A DNA stretch of 64,000 bases, from the NCBI GenBank assembly GCA_027923505.1, contig BROI01000024.1, positions 62,001 through 126,000 on the forward strand, given 5' to 3'. Source of the stretch: Mayamaea pseudoterrestris (Eukaryota). Under the pieces are notes generated by a model. The model worked only from the letters and a program-made list of their open reading frames with translations, made no database searches and was not told the DNA's origin. Positions within the stretch are counted from its first letter, which is position 1. Every line of letters begins with the position of its first letter. The position numbers and the translations under genes were made by a program. Shown one piece after another: positions 12,149 through 22,987 of this stretch.

Positions 12149-14689
12149 ATGCAGCAAGCCTATTGCATTATATTTTGCAGCTTTGTTGTCCAACTTATTC
12201 ATGTGGCTGGGTTTACGTCGTCGTTTTCTGTGAGGCACCTGACGAACAGGCGATTACAAAGAGGTTCTGTTCCTGCTTTAGCAGGACAATTCACGGAAAA
12301 TGAGCGGTATCATCGTCGCCATAGACCAGAGGCGTTTCGCAAGGAAAGGCGAAATTATGACGACAGCAGCAACCGACAACGAAAGGAGTGGCTCGAGCAA
12401 ACGACAAAACGACTATTGGCTGTATCGACTGGGTCGTTGGACAAGGGCAAGTGGCACGAAATTATAAGCATTCTATCAGCTTGGTCTTCCTTTTCGAAGA
12501 GAGACTCAAATGCTCCGATCCTAATGGAAGCCCTTTTGAAGCGGCTAGTCGAGGAACCGTCCGCTCAGATATCGATTGACGTTTACAATAAAATTCTCGA
12601 CGCATGGGCGTGCGCTGCCTTGTTCAAGACGCATCCTCCTGCCCGAGCAAGTCAACGAGCAAGAGAAATACTTGTTTCCTTGCAGGAGCGCTTTGAAGTC
12701 GATCAAACGTTACAGCCGAATCGCGAGTCTTTTGATGTTGTGTACCATGTCGTTTGTCGAACAGAAGCGCCTGTTGTTGCACGCCGACTCTTGGCCTTAA
12801 GGGAGCATTTGTTCAAGACGGGCAAGAATCCGTTCGCAGCGGTGAGCATTCATGACTATACCTTGCTGCTCAACTCATATGCGAATCATGGCGGACCTAA
12901 CGCTGGTGTTCATGCATCTGGCCTCATGTCACACATGCGAATCATGGGTGTGGAACCGACGCTTCTGTGTTACAATCTAGTAATCAAGGCTTGGATTAAG
13001 GCGCAAAAGGGAAGAGCGGCAGCTGAGCAAGCTGATCGCATTTTGGAAGAGATGACTGTCGAACCGGATCTAGTCACGTACTCCTCCGTAATTTCTGCGT
13101 GGGCAACGAGTGGGATGAAGGCACACGCTGTTGCACGGGTTGAAGAACTTTTAAAGCAACTTCAGGAGATGATGCAACCAAACACTATAGTCATGAACGC
13201 CATCATGTCAACCTGGGTCAAATCTAGGAGCCCCAACAGTGTTGCTCGCACCAAACAAATTTTGCAACTGATGGAAAACTCGACTGATGCTCTCATGCGA
13301 CCCGATTTGATATCTTACAACACATATCTGCACGCACTCAGCATGCACAGCGCGAGAAGTCCTCAATACGCAAAACAGGCTTTGCAGCTGCTGGACGCGT
13401 TAGAAAGTGGATGTGAGTCTGGCAGGTTTGGCTTCGGACCCAATTTGTTTACATATAACTTGGTGATCGACTCTTTCTGTCAGATACAAGAACCCAAAGC
13501 AGCCGCACTAGTGCTACGACGATTGATCAGGTCTCAAGTACAGCCAGATGCATACGCATTTAACAAGGTGCTTTCTGCGCTTTCCAGAAGTTCCATAGAA
13601 GGAGCTTGCTCCATTGCTGAAGGACTCTTGCGATATATGGATGAAGCTTATATGTGTGGTACACATTCCAATGCTAAACCGGACGTTATATCGTATGGAT
13701 CACTGCTTCTTGCATACTCGCGGAATAGTGATGCTGATTCTGTCTGGCGGGCTGAGGCCTTGCTGAAAGAAATGAAGATGCGGTATCTTGCTGGAGACGT
13801 TCGTCTCAAGCCTAACAAAATATGTTACAACTCCTTAATCGACTGCTGGGCTAAAAGCGGCCAAGGGACACTTGGAGCACGCAAAGCGGAAGAGCTTTTG
13901 CAAGAGATGCAAGTACAATTTGATGAGGGTGATGCATCCATGGCGCCCTGCATCACGACATACAATGCCGTTTTAAATGCTTGGGCGCGGTCCAATACAA
14001 GATGCTGCGCGGTCCAAGCGGAGAAGTATCTGAACAAAATGTGGGAGCTTTATCACGCCGGTGAGGCGAAAGTCAAGCCAAATGACATGACCTACAACAC
14101 CGTCATTAACGCAATCTCGAAAAGTAAAAATGAAGGAAAGGCTCAAAAGGCTTTACGGACACTTCGTAAAATGGATCTTCTATACAGAGCTGGCAACAAA
14201 GAGACACGACCAAACCAAGTTAGTTACACGGCTGTGATAAATTCATGTGCCTTCCCTGCATCTAATGACCCAAAAGTCCGCCGGAAAGCTCTTGATACCG
14301 CAATATTTACGTTAGCGGAGCTGCAAAACTCCGGCTACGGTCACCCTAACTCAATAACGTACGGCACATTCATCAAAGCGGTAACAAATCTACTTGACAA
14401 GGATGATGATCTGCGTCGGGAGATGATCGAGAGGGCTTTCCGACAGTGCTGCATTGACGGGCAGGTGGGCCAAAAAGTTTTGCGATATCTGCGAAAAGCA
14501 GCGCCAGCAGACCTATACGAAGAGCTGCTCGCGGATATTATTCATTCGTCGGGAACAACAATTTCAGTCGAGGACCTTCCTATTGCTTGGAGAATGAATG
14601 TTCGGGAGAAGGAATGGAAACAAGGCACTGTGACAGGGAAGGTTAAGAGGCATGGGATCGAGTCGAGAATTGACCGTCGTGTTGCTTGA
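12149..14689 (+). CDS. Pentatricopeptide repeat protein, probably plastid-targeted
   Basis: Many PPR-like units (PDLVTYSSVISAWA, PNTIVMNAIMSTWVKS, PNKICYNSLIDCWAKS, PNDMTYNTVINAISKS). The signal peptide ends in VAG-F. First ATG at 12149. Confidence 0.9.
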   Translation: MQQAYCIIFCSFVVQLIHVAGFTSSFSVRHLTNRRLQRGSVPALAGQFTENERYHRRHRPEAFRKERRNYDDSSNRQRKEWLEQTTKRLLAVSTGSLDKGKWHEIISILSAWSSFSKRDSNAPILMEALLKRLVEEPSAQISIDVYNKILDAWACAALFKTHPPARASQRAREILVSLQERFEVDQTLQPNRESFDVVYHVVCRTEAPVVARRLLALREHLFKTGKNPFAAVSIHDYTLLLNSYANHGGPNAGVHASGLMSHMRIMGVEPTLLCYNLVIKAWIKAQKGRAAAEQADRILEEMTVEPDLVTYSSVISAWATSGMKAHAVARVEELLKQLQEMMQPNTIVMNAIMSTWVKSRSPNSVARTKQILQLMENSTDALMRPDLISYNTYLHALSMHSARSPQYAKQALQLLDALESGCESGRFGFGPNLFTYNLVIDSFCQIQEPKAAALVLRRLIRSQVQPDAYAFNKVLSALSRSSIEGACSIAEGLLRYMDEAYMCGTHSNAKPDVISYGSLLLAYSRNSDADSVWRAEALLKEMKMRYLAGDVRLKPNKICYNSLIDCWAKSGQGTLGARKAEELLQEMQVQFDEGDASMAPCITTYNAVLNAWARSNTRCCAVQAEKYLNKMWELYHAGEAKVKPNDMTYNTVINAISKSKNEGKAQKALRTLRKMDLLYRAGNKETRPNQVSYTAVINSCAFPASNDPKVRRKALDTAIFTLAELQNSGYGHPNSITYGTFIKAVTNLLDKDDDLRREMIERAFRQCCIDGQVGQKVLRYLRKAAPADLYEELLADIIHSSGTTISVEDLPIAWRMNVREKEWKQGTVTGKVKRHGIESRIDRRVA

Positions 14690-14742
14690 CACTAGCTAAC
14701 AATTATATATTACAATAGATAATACATGGTAATTAAAATAGG

Positions 14743-16788
14743 CTACATTGTAAAATCCAAATCAGCAAAATCAAGCCCCGGCAAGGCGTCATCATCAAAG
14801 TCAAAGTTCATCGCGTCCCCGCTCAGCGCCATGTTTGCCGCTTCCGCAATGTCGTCAACGCCAGTAGTTCGCGGCAATGATGTCTTCTTATTGGATTTGG
14901 GCGCAGTCGATGTGTTTGCAACTGCTGCAGATTGATTTGGTGTAACATTGGCTGCAGCAAAGTCTCGTGGAATCAGCGTTACAAATCTGGCAGGAACGTG
15001 GCATTTGGGAATGGCTCCAGTTATTGGATCCGGTTCATCGCCGTCAAACTCAACCACGACAACATCGTCATCTCCGCGTGCATACATGGTGCTATCCACA
15101 ACAGTTGCAGAGTACAGGGACGTCGTTTGTGGATACATACAGTACGCTCTATATCCTTTTTTGAGACGAGAGCACCATTCCGCCGCCTCCGAGTAAGAGC
15201 GAGGCAAAGGCAGTACAAGATCTCGCGCCACAGCTTGATTCGTTGCCGTATCTTCCACATCCTGCAAAATTACCTTGTCGCGAAAATGTTGCGACCGTTT
15301 CGCTTCCGTTATTTGAAAGAATTCCGACGGAGACAAAGTATGCGTTGGATAATCATGAACCACCCGGGCCAAGATCCAAAGATCGCGACTCGAGAGCCTG
15401 GCGGCAACTAAATCGCCCTGCCGCAGCGCTCGAAACCGCAAAAACTCGGCAATTCGAAACGAATGTTCCTTTTTACTGCACAACCGCTTGCCGAAGGTAT
15501 CAAACTCGGAAATGGGAACGACGGGTTCGTCCGATGGTGCAAGTTTCTTCTTGCGATTCTTGCGTAGAGTGGATTCGCTGGCCAAACCAGACGAAGCCGC
15601 TGCTGTCGATGACGGTGAAGGAGCCTTGTGATTCTTGACGGTCGGTCGAGAGAGTGATGATGATGACGTAGGAATATGAGGTACTTGAGCTGGCGCTGGT
15701 GTTTGTTGCGACGCTTGCGCCATGGCCACGTGCGCCGACCCGTTCAACATTTGCACTGGAGCAGTCGTCGGAGCTTGACCATTTGGTACTGGTGTCGCGA
15801 TTCCCTGCTTTTGTCGCTCCCGCATTTGCAGCCACGCCGACGGAACGCCTGCGCTCGTGAGCGACTCGGGCGGCGTCAAGTCAGGATCCATTTCCACCAT
15901 GAGTTGTCGGATGGTTTCATGCAAAAACTGACAATACTCAATCCCTGCTTCCATGTCAATTTTGAATTTCTTGGCTGTCCGAGCATTCATGACTTCAAGT
16001 TTGAGTGTTTCCTCCGCCTCTTGATCTGTTTGATTTGAAAGTGGAGGTGATGTGACTGCATCAGGAAATGTTCCTTGACTCGCATCCAACTCTCGCTTTT
16101 TTGCATCTCCATGATTCGACTTTGTGACTTGTCGCTGCCGCTGCTTCTTCATGCGCTGCATGGTTGCCGTGGCTCGCAGGAATCCATTGTTAGCTTGACC
16201 TCCCATGAACTGACGAGACACCCAAATGGTCTTATCAACCCAGTTGCATTGTGCCAGCAACGGCTGCGCTTGCTCCAATGTGAGAGGCGGCGTAGCGACT
16301 GCTGCAGCAGCATGATGTGACGAGCTTGCGCCGTTACTGCGATGAGCCGCCTTCTTGCCTATTGAAACGTTAGAGTCTGCTTGTGCTGATTGCTGCGTGG
16401 GTGTTTGACTCGCTTGTGTAGCAGGAGAAGCTGCTGACGAAGAGTCTACTACAGCACTATTATTCGTAGCAGCATGAGGCTGTCTAGAAGCTGCTGAAGC
16501 CTGGCTATGATTGTTAATTGCTGCAACTGGTGGGAGAAAATTCGCATGAGGTGAAGGAGGAGTCGTTTGCTTTGGAGTCGAAGACTGATGTTGCTGTCGT
16601 TGTTGCAGCGCCATTTGCTGCTGCTGCTGCGCCGCCATTTGATGCTGCAAAAACAGGGCTTGCTGCTGTTGGGACTGTTGTTGTTGCTGCATCATGTTGG
16701 GCGGATTGTTATTATGATGCATGCCACCATTATTTTGGGTAACGTTGTTGTCATGTCCGCCAGTGAGCGGCCGTCCAGACGGATCCAT
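14743..16788 (-). CDS. SGF29: SGF29-like tandem Tudor protein (SAGA subunit) with Q-rich N-terminus
   Basis: C-terminal GDLVAARLSSRDLWILARVV...CMYPQTTSLYSATVV...VVEFDGDE matches the SGF29 double-Tudor pattern. The N-terminus is poly-Q and low complexity. Confidence 0.8.
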   Translation of the reverse strand: MDPSGRPLTGGHDNNVTQNNGGMHHNNNPPNMMQQQQQSQQQQALFLQHQMAAQQQQQMALQQRQQHQSSTPKQTTPPSPHANFLPPVAAINNHSQASAASRQPHAATNNSAVVDSSSAASPATQASQTPTQQSAQADSNVSIGKKAAHRSNGASSSHHAAAAVATPPLTLEQAQPLLAQCNWVDKTIWVSRQFMGGQANNGFLRATATMQRMKKQRQRQVTKSNHGDAKKRELDASQGTFPDAVTSPPLSNQTDQEAEETLKLEVMNARTAKKFKIDMEAGIEYCQFLHETIRQLMVEMDPDLTPPESLTSAGVPSAWLQMRERQKQGIATPVPNGQAPTTAPVQMLNGSAHVAMAQASQQTPAPAQVPHIPTSSSSLSRPTVKNHKAPSPSSTAAASSGLASESTLRKNRKKKLAPSDEPVVPISEFDTFGKRLCSKKEHSFRIAEFLRFRALRQGDLVAARLSSRDLWILARVVHDYPTHTLSPSEFFQITEAKRSQHFRDKVILQDVEDTATNQAVARDLVLPLPRSYSEAAEWCSRLKKGYRAYCMYPQTTSLYSATVVDSTMYARGDDDVVVVEFDGDEPDPITGAIPKCHVPARFVTLIPRDFAAANVTPNQSAAVANTSTAPKSNKKTSLPRTTGVDDIAEAANMALSGDAMNFDFDDDALPGLDFADLDFTM

Positions 16789-17047
16789 TATGACTTCGCT
16801 TTTACAAGTTTTTGCAGCTTAACAACTTCAATTTGGTGTTTTACTTGGAGAGCCAGGCTATACGACTGACAATAGGCACGCCTCTTTCTCGGGCCGATGG
16901 TTTTGGAATGATGATGGGCATCTCATGGTCAAGCGCCATCAGGTGAGTAACGGTCCGCATCGTAGCGTTACTCACTGAGGAAGATCCCAGATCCGCCATG
17001 GGAGAACGGATTTTCCACCATTTTGCACCGCTGTAGGAGCAAGCTCT

Positions 17048-18370
17048 ATGAACGAAACTACCATGACATCTCAAAGTGCAATGCTTGCGTCTGCTAGTAA
17101 TCCATCATTATGGATCTTGGTACATAAAATACTGGCACCCTGGCTATCCATTTTCGTATTCTGCTCTCCACTTCCCACCAGGCCCTGGTCCCAATGTGTT
17201 GCATTGCAATACATTGCAATTGCATTGCTATTGCACTCGTATTGCCAGACATTTAGCAATTGCAACTCGCAATTGCTGGGATTTAGATATTGCAGTTCGT
17301 CATTGACTGTGAAGCGCAATTGCCATGGTCGATTGAGAAAAGTCGATTAGTGGTGGTGTGACACATGGTTAGACTTTTGCCCGTAGCGCTACAATCGTTC
17401 CGTCGCAAGACATAGCTTGTTAATACATGCAACAAGGCTGTTAAGGCACTACTATGAGCTATGGTTAAAAGGAAATAGTATCATGGTATGAGGACTTTTT
17501 CATTTGCATACGGTACCGGTACATAAGTACAGTCTACGCGCGTAGCGCGCAATTTTGGCGATAAATATGACGTCATTTAACCTTATCCTTATTGTCAATA
17601 GAAATTGCCATTGATTGCGATGAAGCCGCAATTGCAAGTCCATATTGCTGCAAACTGCCAATTCCAGTTGTCAATTGCAACAAGTCTTGAAGTTGCAATA
17701 GCCAACAATTTTATTGGACCAGGGCCTGCTTCCCACCATTCACCAAATTACCAAGGATCGCACGGTTGGTAGTTTACCGTTGCTTCCATACACAAGCATG
17801 GTTGCATCAGCCTTTCTGTGGACAACATATGGATTGTTGAACCAGCAGTCGACCATATACATGTCCAATTTCGTGGGTCTCGTTTTGGGTGTCTACTATA
17901 CCTTTCGGTTCACGAAATATGCGCCAGCGTACAGTCCAACCTTGCCAGGATCTGTCAGTCATCACTTTATCGCGTTAGCAACAATCATGATTTCAACAGT
18001 CGTATTTTGCTCTAGTGCGTCTCAATACACGAGTTCACTCTGGGTGGGCCGCGTGGCCGTCTTCTTTTGCTTGGCCATGTTTGCATCGCCGCTTGCCGCC
18101 CTTCGGACCGTCCTTGAAACGAGGTCGGCCGCTACGATACCATTGCCGTTTACGTTAGCGTCGACGCTCAACTGCTGGGCGTGGGTGGTTGTTGGATTGT
18201 GGGATATGCATGATCCAAACGTTTACGCTACCAACGGAATTGCACTCGCGTTTGGACTGATTCAGATTGCGCTAAAAGTTGTTTATTGGGACGGAGGCAG
18301 CAAGCAACTTAAAAAGGCCGATGATACCAAGCCTTTGGGTCTCTTGAAGCAGCATCATGAGTTAGTGTAA
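17048..18370 (+). pseudogene. SWEET: SWEET (MtN3/saliva) sugar transporter, coding sequence interrupted by a transposon
   Basis: Removing 17179-17736 restores ...FVFCSPLPT|IHQITKDRTVGSLPLLPY..., followed by the second MtN3 repeat MFASPLAALRTVLETRSAATIPLPF...NGIALAFGLIQ. With the insert, the frame stops at 17348-17350. Confidence 0.88.
17179..17728. mobile_element. 550-bp non-autonomous DNA transposon (MITE), hAT-like
   Basis: Perfect 13-bp TIR CAGGCCCTGGTCC (17179-17191) / GGACCAGGGCCTG (17716-17728). Perfect 8-bp TSD CTTCCCAC (17171-17178 and 17729-17736). Subterminal ATTGCA/TTGCAA/CAATTG arrays at both ends. No transposase ORF. Confidence 0.93.
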
Positions 18371-18644
18371 TATTGCTGATTTGTGGATCGTAAGCAGAGC
18401 ATGCTTCGTTCCACGTAAACTACCGTCAACCTGTATGTGGTGGTTTCATGATTATTGACTACAACAAAGAACTTAGCAGCACATAATAATATCGGATATG
18501 TACATAACGCTACATTGAGCTAACTACAATAGCCTCAACAGTCTTCCCTACATTATTACCCTACCTCAACAACCATCTGCTATCGAGTATCATTATGTAG
18601 TATACATATTCCGTTTGTTTCCTGCTAAGCAAATGTCAACCTTG

Positions 18645-20228
18645 CTATACGACCTCTCCATCTATAATGTCGGGCGGGCAGTAGCTTCCTCGACTTGAAT
18701 GGAAACGATCCATGTACTGCTTTGACGCCTTCTTAAAGTCGGAGAGTTCCAAGCTGCTCATGTTTACACTGACCTGGCTTTCGGGCTTGCTGCGCATCAA
18801 TCCGTCCACTTCCCGATTGGTTGGCATGTCCTCATTGTGCTCATTTTCATCATCGGCATTTCTACGCTCGTTTCCGCAGCAGACGGAAACTGAACCTGGT
18901 GCATTGTAGAGCATTTCCCATCCAAACATGGCCCACGCCAACATGGACAACAAGGCCAGACATGATCCAGGTCCTAGTGCACAATTGTTACTTTCGTGAC
19001 ACGCCGATTCGAGCGAGAAAAAGGCAATGACCGAAGTCAATTGACAAACGGCCGCCAGCCAGCTAGCCCAAACGCCATACCGCCAAAGACTTGGGCGAAA
19101 GCACCCGACAATTAAGTAAAGCCACAGGACAATGATCGACATTGTTCCCAATGTCAGTGCAGACAAATTGAAGATTCGAGCCAATCGTGGAGCATCGTTG
19201 TCCACGTCAATACTCTCGTTATCGAGACGCGTATATCCGATGCAGTAGTCGCTTCCCATGACAACGGCATCCACAGGCGTATACTTCCATAAACCGAAAT
19301 GTAACTCCAACTGATAATTGTTTTTATAATGTGCCGTTGCAAAATGACAAAGTGTTCCGGAGAAAAATGTTGCTAGCCAGCCAAAGACAAGTCCAACCCA
19401 ACCGATAATCAGCAACTGCAAAACCTTGACGCGTTTTTGCGCCAGCGCTGTTCTCGAAAGCAGAGCGCAGTCGTCCGAGTCTAGTTGATGGTTTAGTGAC
19501 TTTAATGATCCGTCTGCGGTTGCTCCAACGGCTGGTGCATGAGGCGCTGCATGTTTCGCAGTGTTTTTGTTGAAATGATCGTCTCTGTGCGATGATGATG
19601 ATTGCGAGGTAGACTGGTCACTACTCTGGCGTACGTTGGCAAGAATTGCATCTGGCTGCGCCCGCGACTGCAGTCGTTCAAAAAGTGACTCTCCAAGAAA
19701 CGGTGGATGCTTTCGTTGCGGAGTTGTTGGCGCATCGTTCGTGGCGGACGAGGCTGCAGCTGCAGGCGCAAGGTAGACTGCATCACTCGTTGGTCGTTGT
19801 TGTTGTTTCTGCTGTTGTCTCTCCATGTTTCTCTGCTCTCTCCATTTTGAAAATCGTCGACTCGGACTAGTAGAAATATAGCTGTCGCACTTGCTATTAT
19901 CAGGAGAAATGCCTAATGACGAAGGCGTTGGTGACGACGTTGCAGTCGCTTTCAAACCTGACGCATCCAGCACTGACATTCCAGACTCACTGACCATAAA
20001 TGACACCTGCTCATCAGATGGTCCAAGCGCAGAAAAAGTCGTGTCAAGAGTCCAGGGAGACGGATCGATGATGCTAGGTTCGCAGTTCGTACTTGTTGGA
20101 AGCTGCGGCTCGATGCTTCTCGTGACGACTGTATCAAGTTCTTCATCCCACTGCGACTCCTCGGAGCGGCTGCTCAACATGGATGGGAATGGGTCTGTTT
20201 CAATTGCATTGTTTGCTGGATCATTCAT
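18645..20228 (-). CDS. Hypothetical membrane protein with disordered N-terminus and a C-terminal 4-TM claudin-like domain
   Basis: Four hydrophobic segments, with a FGLW motif and conserved Cys in the first loop, as in claudin-superfamily proteins. Confidence 0.7.
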   Translation of the reverse strand: MNDPANNAIETDPFPSMLSSRSEESQWDEELDTVVTRSIEPQLPTSTNCEPSIIDPSPWTLDTTFSALGPSDEQVSFMVSESGMSVLDASGLKATATSSPTPSSLGISPDNSKCDSYISTSPSRRFSKWREQRNMERQQQKQQQRPTSDAVYLAPAAAASSATNDAPTTPQRKHPPFLGESLFERLQSRAQPDAILANVRQSSDQSTSQSSSSHRDDHFNKNTAKHAAPHAPAVGATADGSLKSLNHQLDSDDCALLSRTALAQKRVKVLQLLIIGWVGLVFGWLATFFSGTLCHFATAHYKNNYQLELHFGLWKYTPVDAVVMGSDYCIGYTRLDNESIDVDNDAPRLARIFNLSALTLGTMSIIVLWLYLIVGCFRPSLWRYGVWASWLAAVCQLTSVIAFFSLESACHESNNCALGPGSCLALLSMLAWAMFGWEMLYNAPGSVSVCCGNERRNADDENEHNEDMPTNREVDGLMRSKPESQVSVNMSSLELSDFKKASKQYMDRFHSSRGSYCPPDIIDGEVV

Positions 20229-20536
20229 GGTGAAGCGGTTGGTTGTTGTCTTCTATATTATATGCATCACAACTCGAGCAAACGGCACGAGAGAAGTTTT
20301 CAACTTCTTGGAATCGCAAATGTTCGGCTGGCGCCCAGTTACAAATGCCTCAACGGTCATCAACCCGACTGGCGTGCATCCGAAACGAAAAGTTGTGAAA
20401 GGAAGTAGCTGATGCTATCGTAACGGTACTCAAGCTCCATCCATCGCTTGGACGACGCGAAATCATAATCGGCAACCTGTACATTCCATTCAAGCAGCTT
20501 GCGGCACAATCTTCTCTATTTACATTTATATATAAC

Positions 20537-21361
20537 ATGAATCGCGCATTCGCAAAGCTTGTACAATCATCATTCCGAACCAAAGGACAAGGATCGGCCG
20601 CAGCAGCCTCTGCGTCAATCCGAGCCTTTCATGCTTCCAAGCCGTCGGCGACCACGATTGTCTGTGTACGAAAGGACGGGCATGTATGCATGATGGCGGA
20701 TGGAATGGTTTCGCAAGGTATGATGCTTATAATTATCTTTTGAAACGTTGCGCTACACTGTGACGACCATGGAGCGACTCACTCATTTCTTCCTTTGATC
20801 ATTAGGAAGCATGATTGTCAAACCAAACGTGGTCAAGATTCGCCGAATTCTACCAAAAACAGGAACGGATGAAGAAAAGGAGGCAGGAGCAACAATCGTC
20901 GGATTTGCCGGTTCGACGGCCGACGCGTTCACGTTATTGGAACGTCTTGAGGGTAAGCTTGATGAATACCCAGGCCAGTTGGCGAGGAGCTGCGTCGAGC
21001 TAGCCAAAGGTTGGCGAACGGACAAGTATTTGAGACGTTTGGAGGCCTCGCTGATTGTTGCAGACTCGTCGATTAGTCTGGAACTATCGGGCAATGGTGA
21101 TGTTTTGGAGAGCCACGATAATGTTCTTTCGGTTGGGAGCGGCAGCCCATATGCTAAAGGTGAGTCATGTCTTGTATGGTCACGTTGACTATAATCTAGA
21201 TTATGTCTGACGGATTTCTGCGTTTTCCAGCTGCGGCTCGAGCCCTGATGGACTCTGATCGGAGTGCTGAAGAGGTGGCGCAAAGGGCAATGTCGATTGC
21301 AGCCGATATGTGCGTCTATACGAACGACAACTTCAAAAAGGAGACTCTCAAGTCTAAGTGA
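20537..21361 (+). CDS. hslV: Mitochondrial HslV (ClpQ) protease subunit; 3 exons
   Basis: Presequence, then the mature N-terminus [10 protein letters not shown]. Motifs [40 protein letters not shown]. Introns 20718-20805 and 21160-21230. Confidence 0.95.
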
Positions 21362-21584
21362 GCTGCAATATTAAGTTTCTTAGACGTAGATTAAAATGAT
21401 TGCTGCATAACATAATAGGTACGACGAAACAAAAGATTGCCAGCCGGTATGTTCGTCGAAGAACCGGAGCGACATCCGATGCGCAGCGAACCTCTGCCAA
21501 CCATCAACTCTCACAATCGGAACAACTGGAGGATTTCCTTTCGTTTATACGTATTAATAGCTGTAGCTCTATTTAGTAACTACT

Positions 21585-22965
21585 ATGTCTGAATCTTCGC
21601 TTCGAAACTTGCTCGCGCGTGTGGATGGTACGGCTCCATCCATTACGGCTGCTGCGGCAAGCATGATGAAGCATTACGATCGTTCGGCGGGCGTCGCCGT
21701 GAACGAATGGCGGAATTCCCTCCAGACGGCCCGGCCTGATAATTTACTTCCGCTACTGTATGTAGCGAATGAAGTGCTCCAAAATTCGAAACGCAATCGA
21801 GGAAATAAATTTCTAGAAGCCATGAGTCCAATCATAGGACAAGCGTTGCAGCACATTTGTCAAAGTGATCCTTCAGCTATAGAGAAAGTGAGGCGCACAG
21901 TCAAGATTTGGGCGGACCGGCGGGTCTTTTCTGTGCGATTCGTTAATGAGCTGCTTCAGGGCCTGGACGCCTTTCGCAGCGGAGCGCCAAGTCAACCAGC
22001 GCCTGCCAATTCTAAAGCGGCATCTGTACCTGCGACGACAGCAAAGAAGGAAGTGGCTGCTGCCACGAACAGCGATGACGATGATATTCTGGATATACTC
22101 GAGGATAAAGAAAAGCTAGAGTCTGAATCGGACGACGAGGACGATGTATTTGGAAATGATGAGTCGGAACAGCAGAAACTGGAATTGGATATAAGCATGG
22201 ACTCGTCTGCCTTCAACGCATCATCCTCCAACCCGTCTCAACGTCCGTCGGCAAAGCGTCGTCGTAGCAGCACCACAAGTGTGGGCTCTGTTTCACGAAA
22301 ACGCGCTGTGCTTTCCATCAGCGGTTTGTTGGAAATTTTGAACCGATTGTCAACGTTGCAGCAGTCATTTGAACGGGCGCAGCTGACTCTCAGGCAGATT
22401 GATCAGTCGATTGCTGCGAAGGATGCTTCCGAACTTGCTGGCTTGTGGGGAGACGACTTGCAGAAAGAATTTCGGCAGAATACATTGCAGCAACAGCAAA
22501 TCCAGCAGCAGCGCCGATTGCTACACGAGGTTGCGCAGGAGAAACACACGCTGGAACAAGAAGTTGCGCGGTATCTGCCATGGTTTGACACACTGGTGAA
22601 ACAGGATGATGACGATTTGGACTTTTGCGACCGACTTGAGCAAAAGATTATCAGCTATCAGAAGATACAGCCACAAATCCGCAAGGCTCGGAGCATTCGT
22701 CGGGAGGAAGAGCGGGTCAAGAAGGAAAAGGAAGATGCGGAGGAGCGTAAGCGTCGGGAGGAGGAAGATGCCGAAAGATTTCGCCAAGCTGCTTTGAAGC
22801 GGGAGACGGAAGAGAAACCAGGGTACGTGTTATGCTATTAACGTTTTGTCTAATTGTTACGACTACAGCTCACACATGTTGTACCCCGGTTTTAGCATGA
22901 TTTGGAACCCTGCATCGCGAGAGTATCAGGTTATACAGACTGACGAGTCATGGCGAGACCATTAA
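21585..22965 (+). CDS. CTD-interacting domain (CID/RPR) protein, RPRD1/Rtt103-like; 2 exons
   Basis: N-terminal LLPLLYVANEVLQNSKR...VKIWADRRVF followed by a coiled coil. Intron 22823-22895 gives the C-terminus GMIWNPASREYQ...WRDH*. Confidence 0.85.
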
Positions 22966-22987
22966 AGAAATGACTCTAAATTGGTGG

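Noticed and set aside
16595..16695. TGC/TGT trinucleotide runs (similar runs near 47741-47772 and 59115-59130)
   Set aside because: They encode poly-Gln or poly-Ser tracts within proteins and are not independent elements.
17195..17330. TTGCAA/ATTGC arrays as a CRISPR array or satellite
   Set aside because: These are irregular 5-6 bp motifs with no repeat-spacer periodicity, explained as transposon subterminal repeats.
17179..17736. Insert in SWEET read as an ordinary intron or a clean introner
   Set aside because: Its ends are CAGG...CCTG with a TSD, not GT...AG. I found no donor/acceptor pair that removes it precisely.
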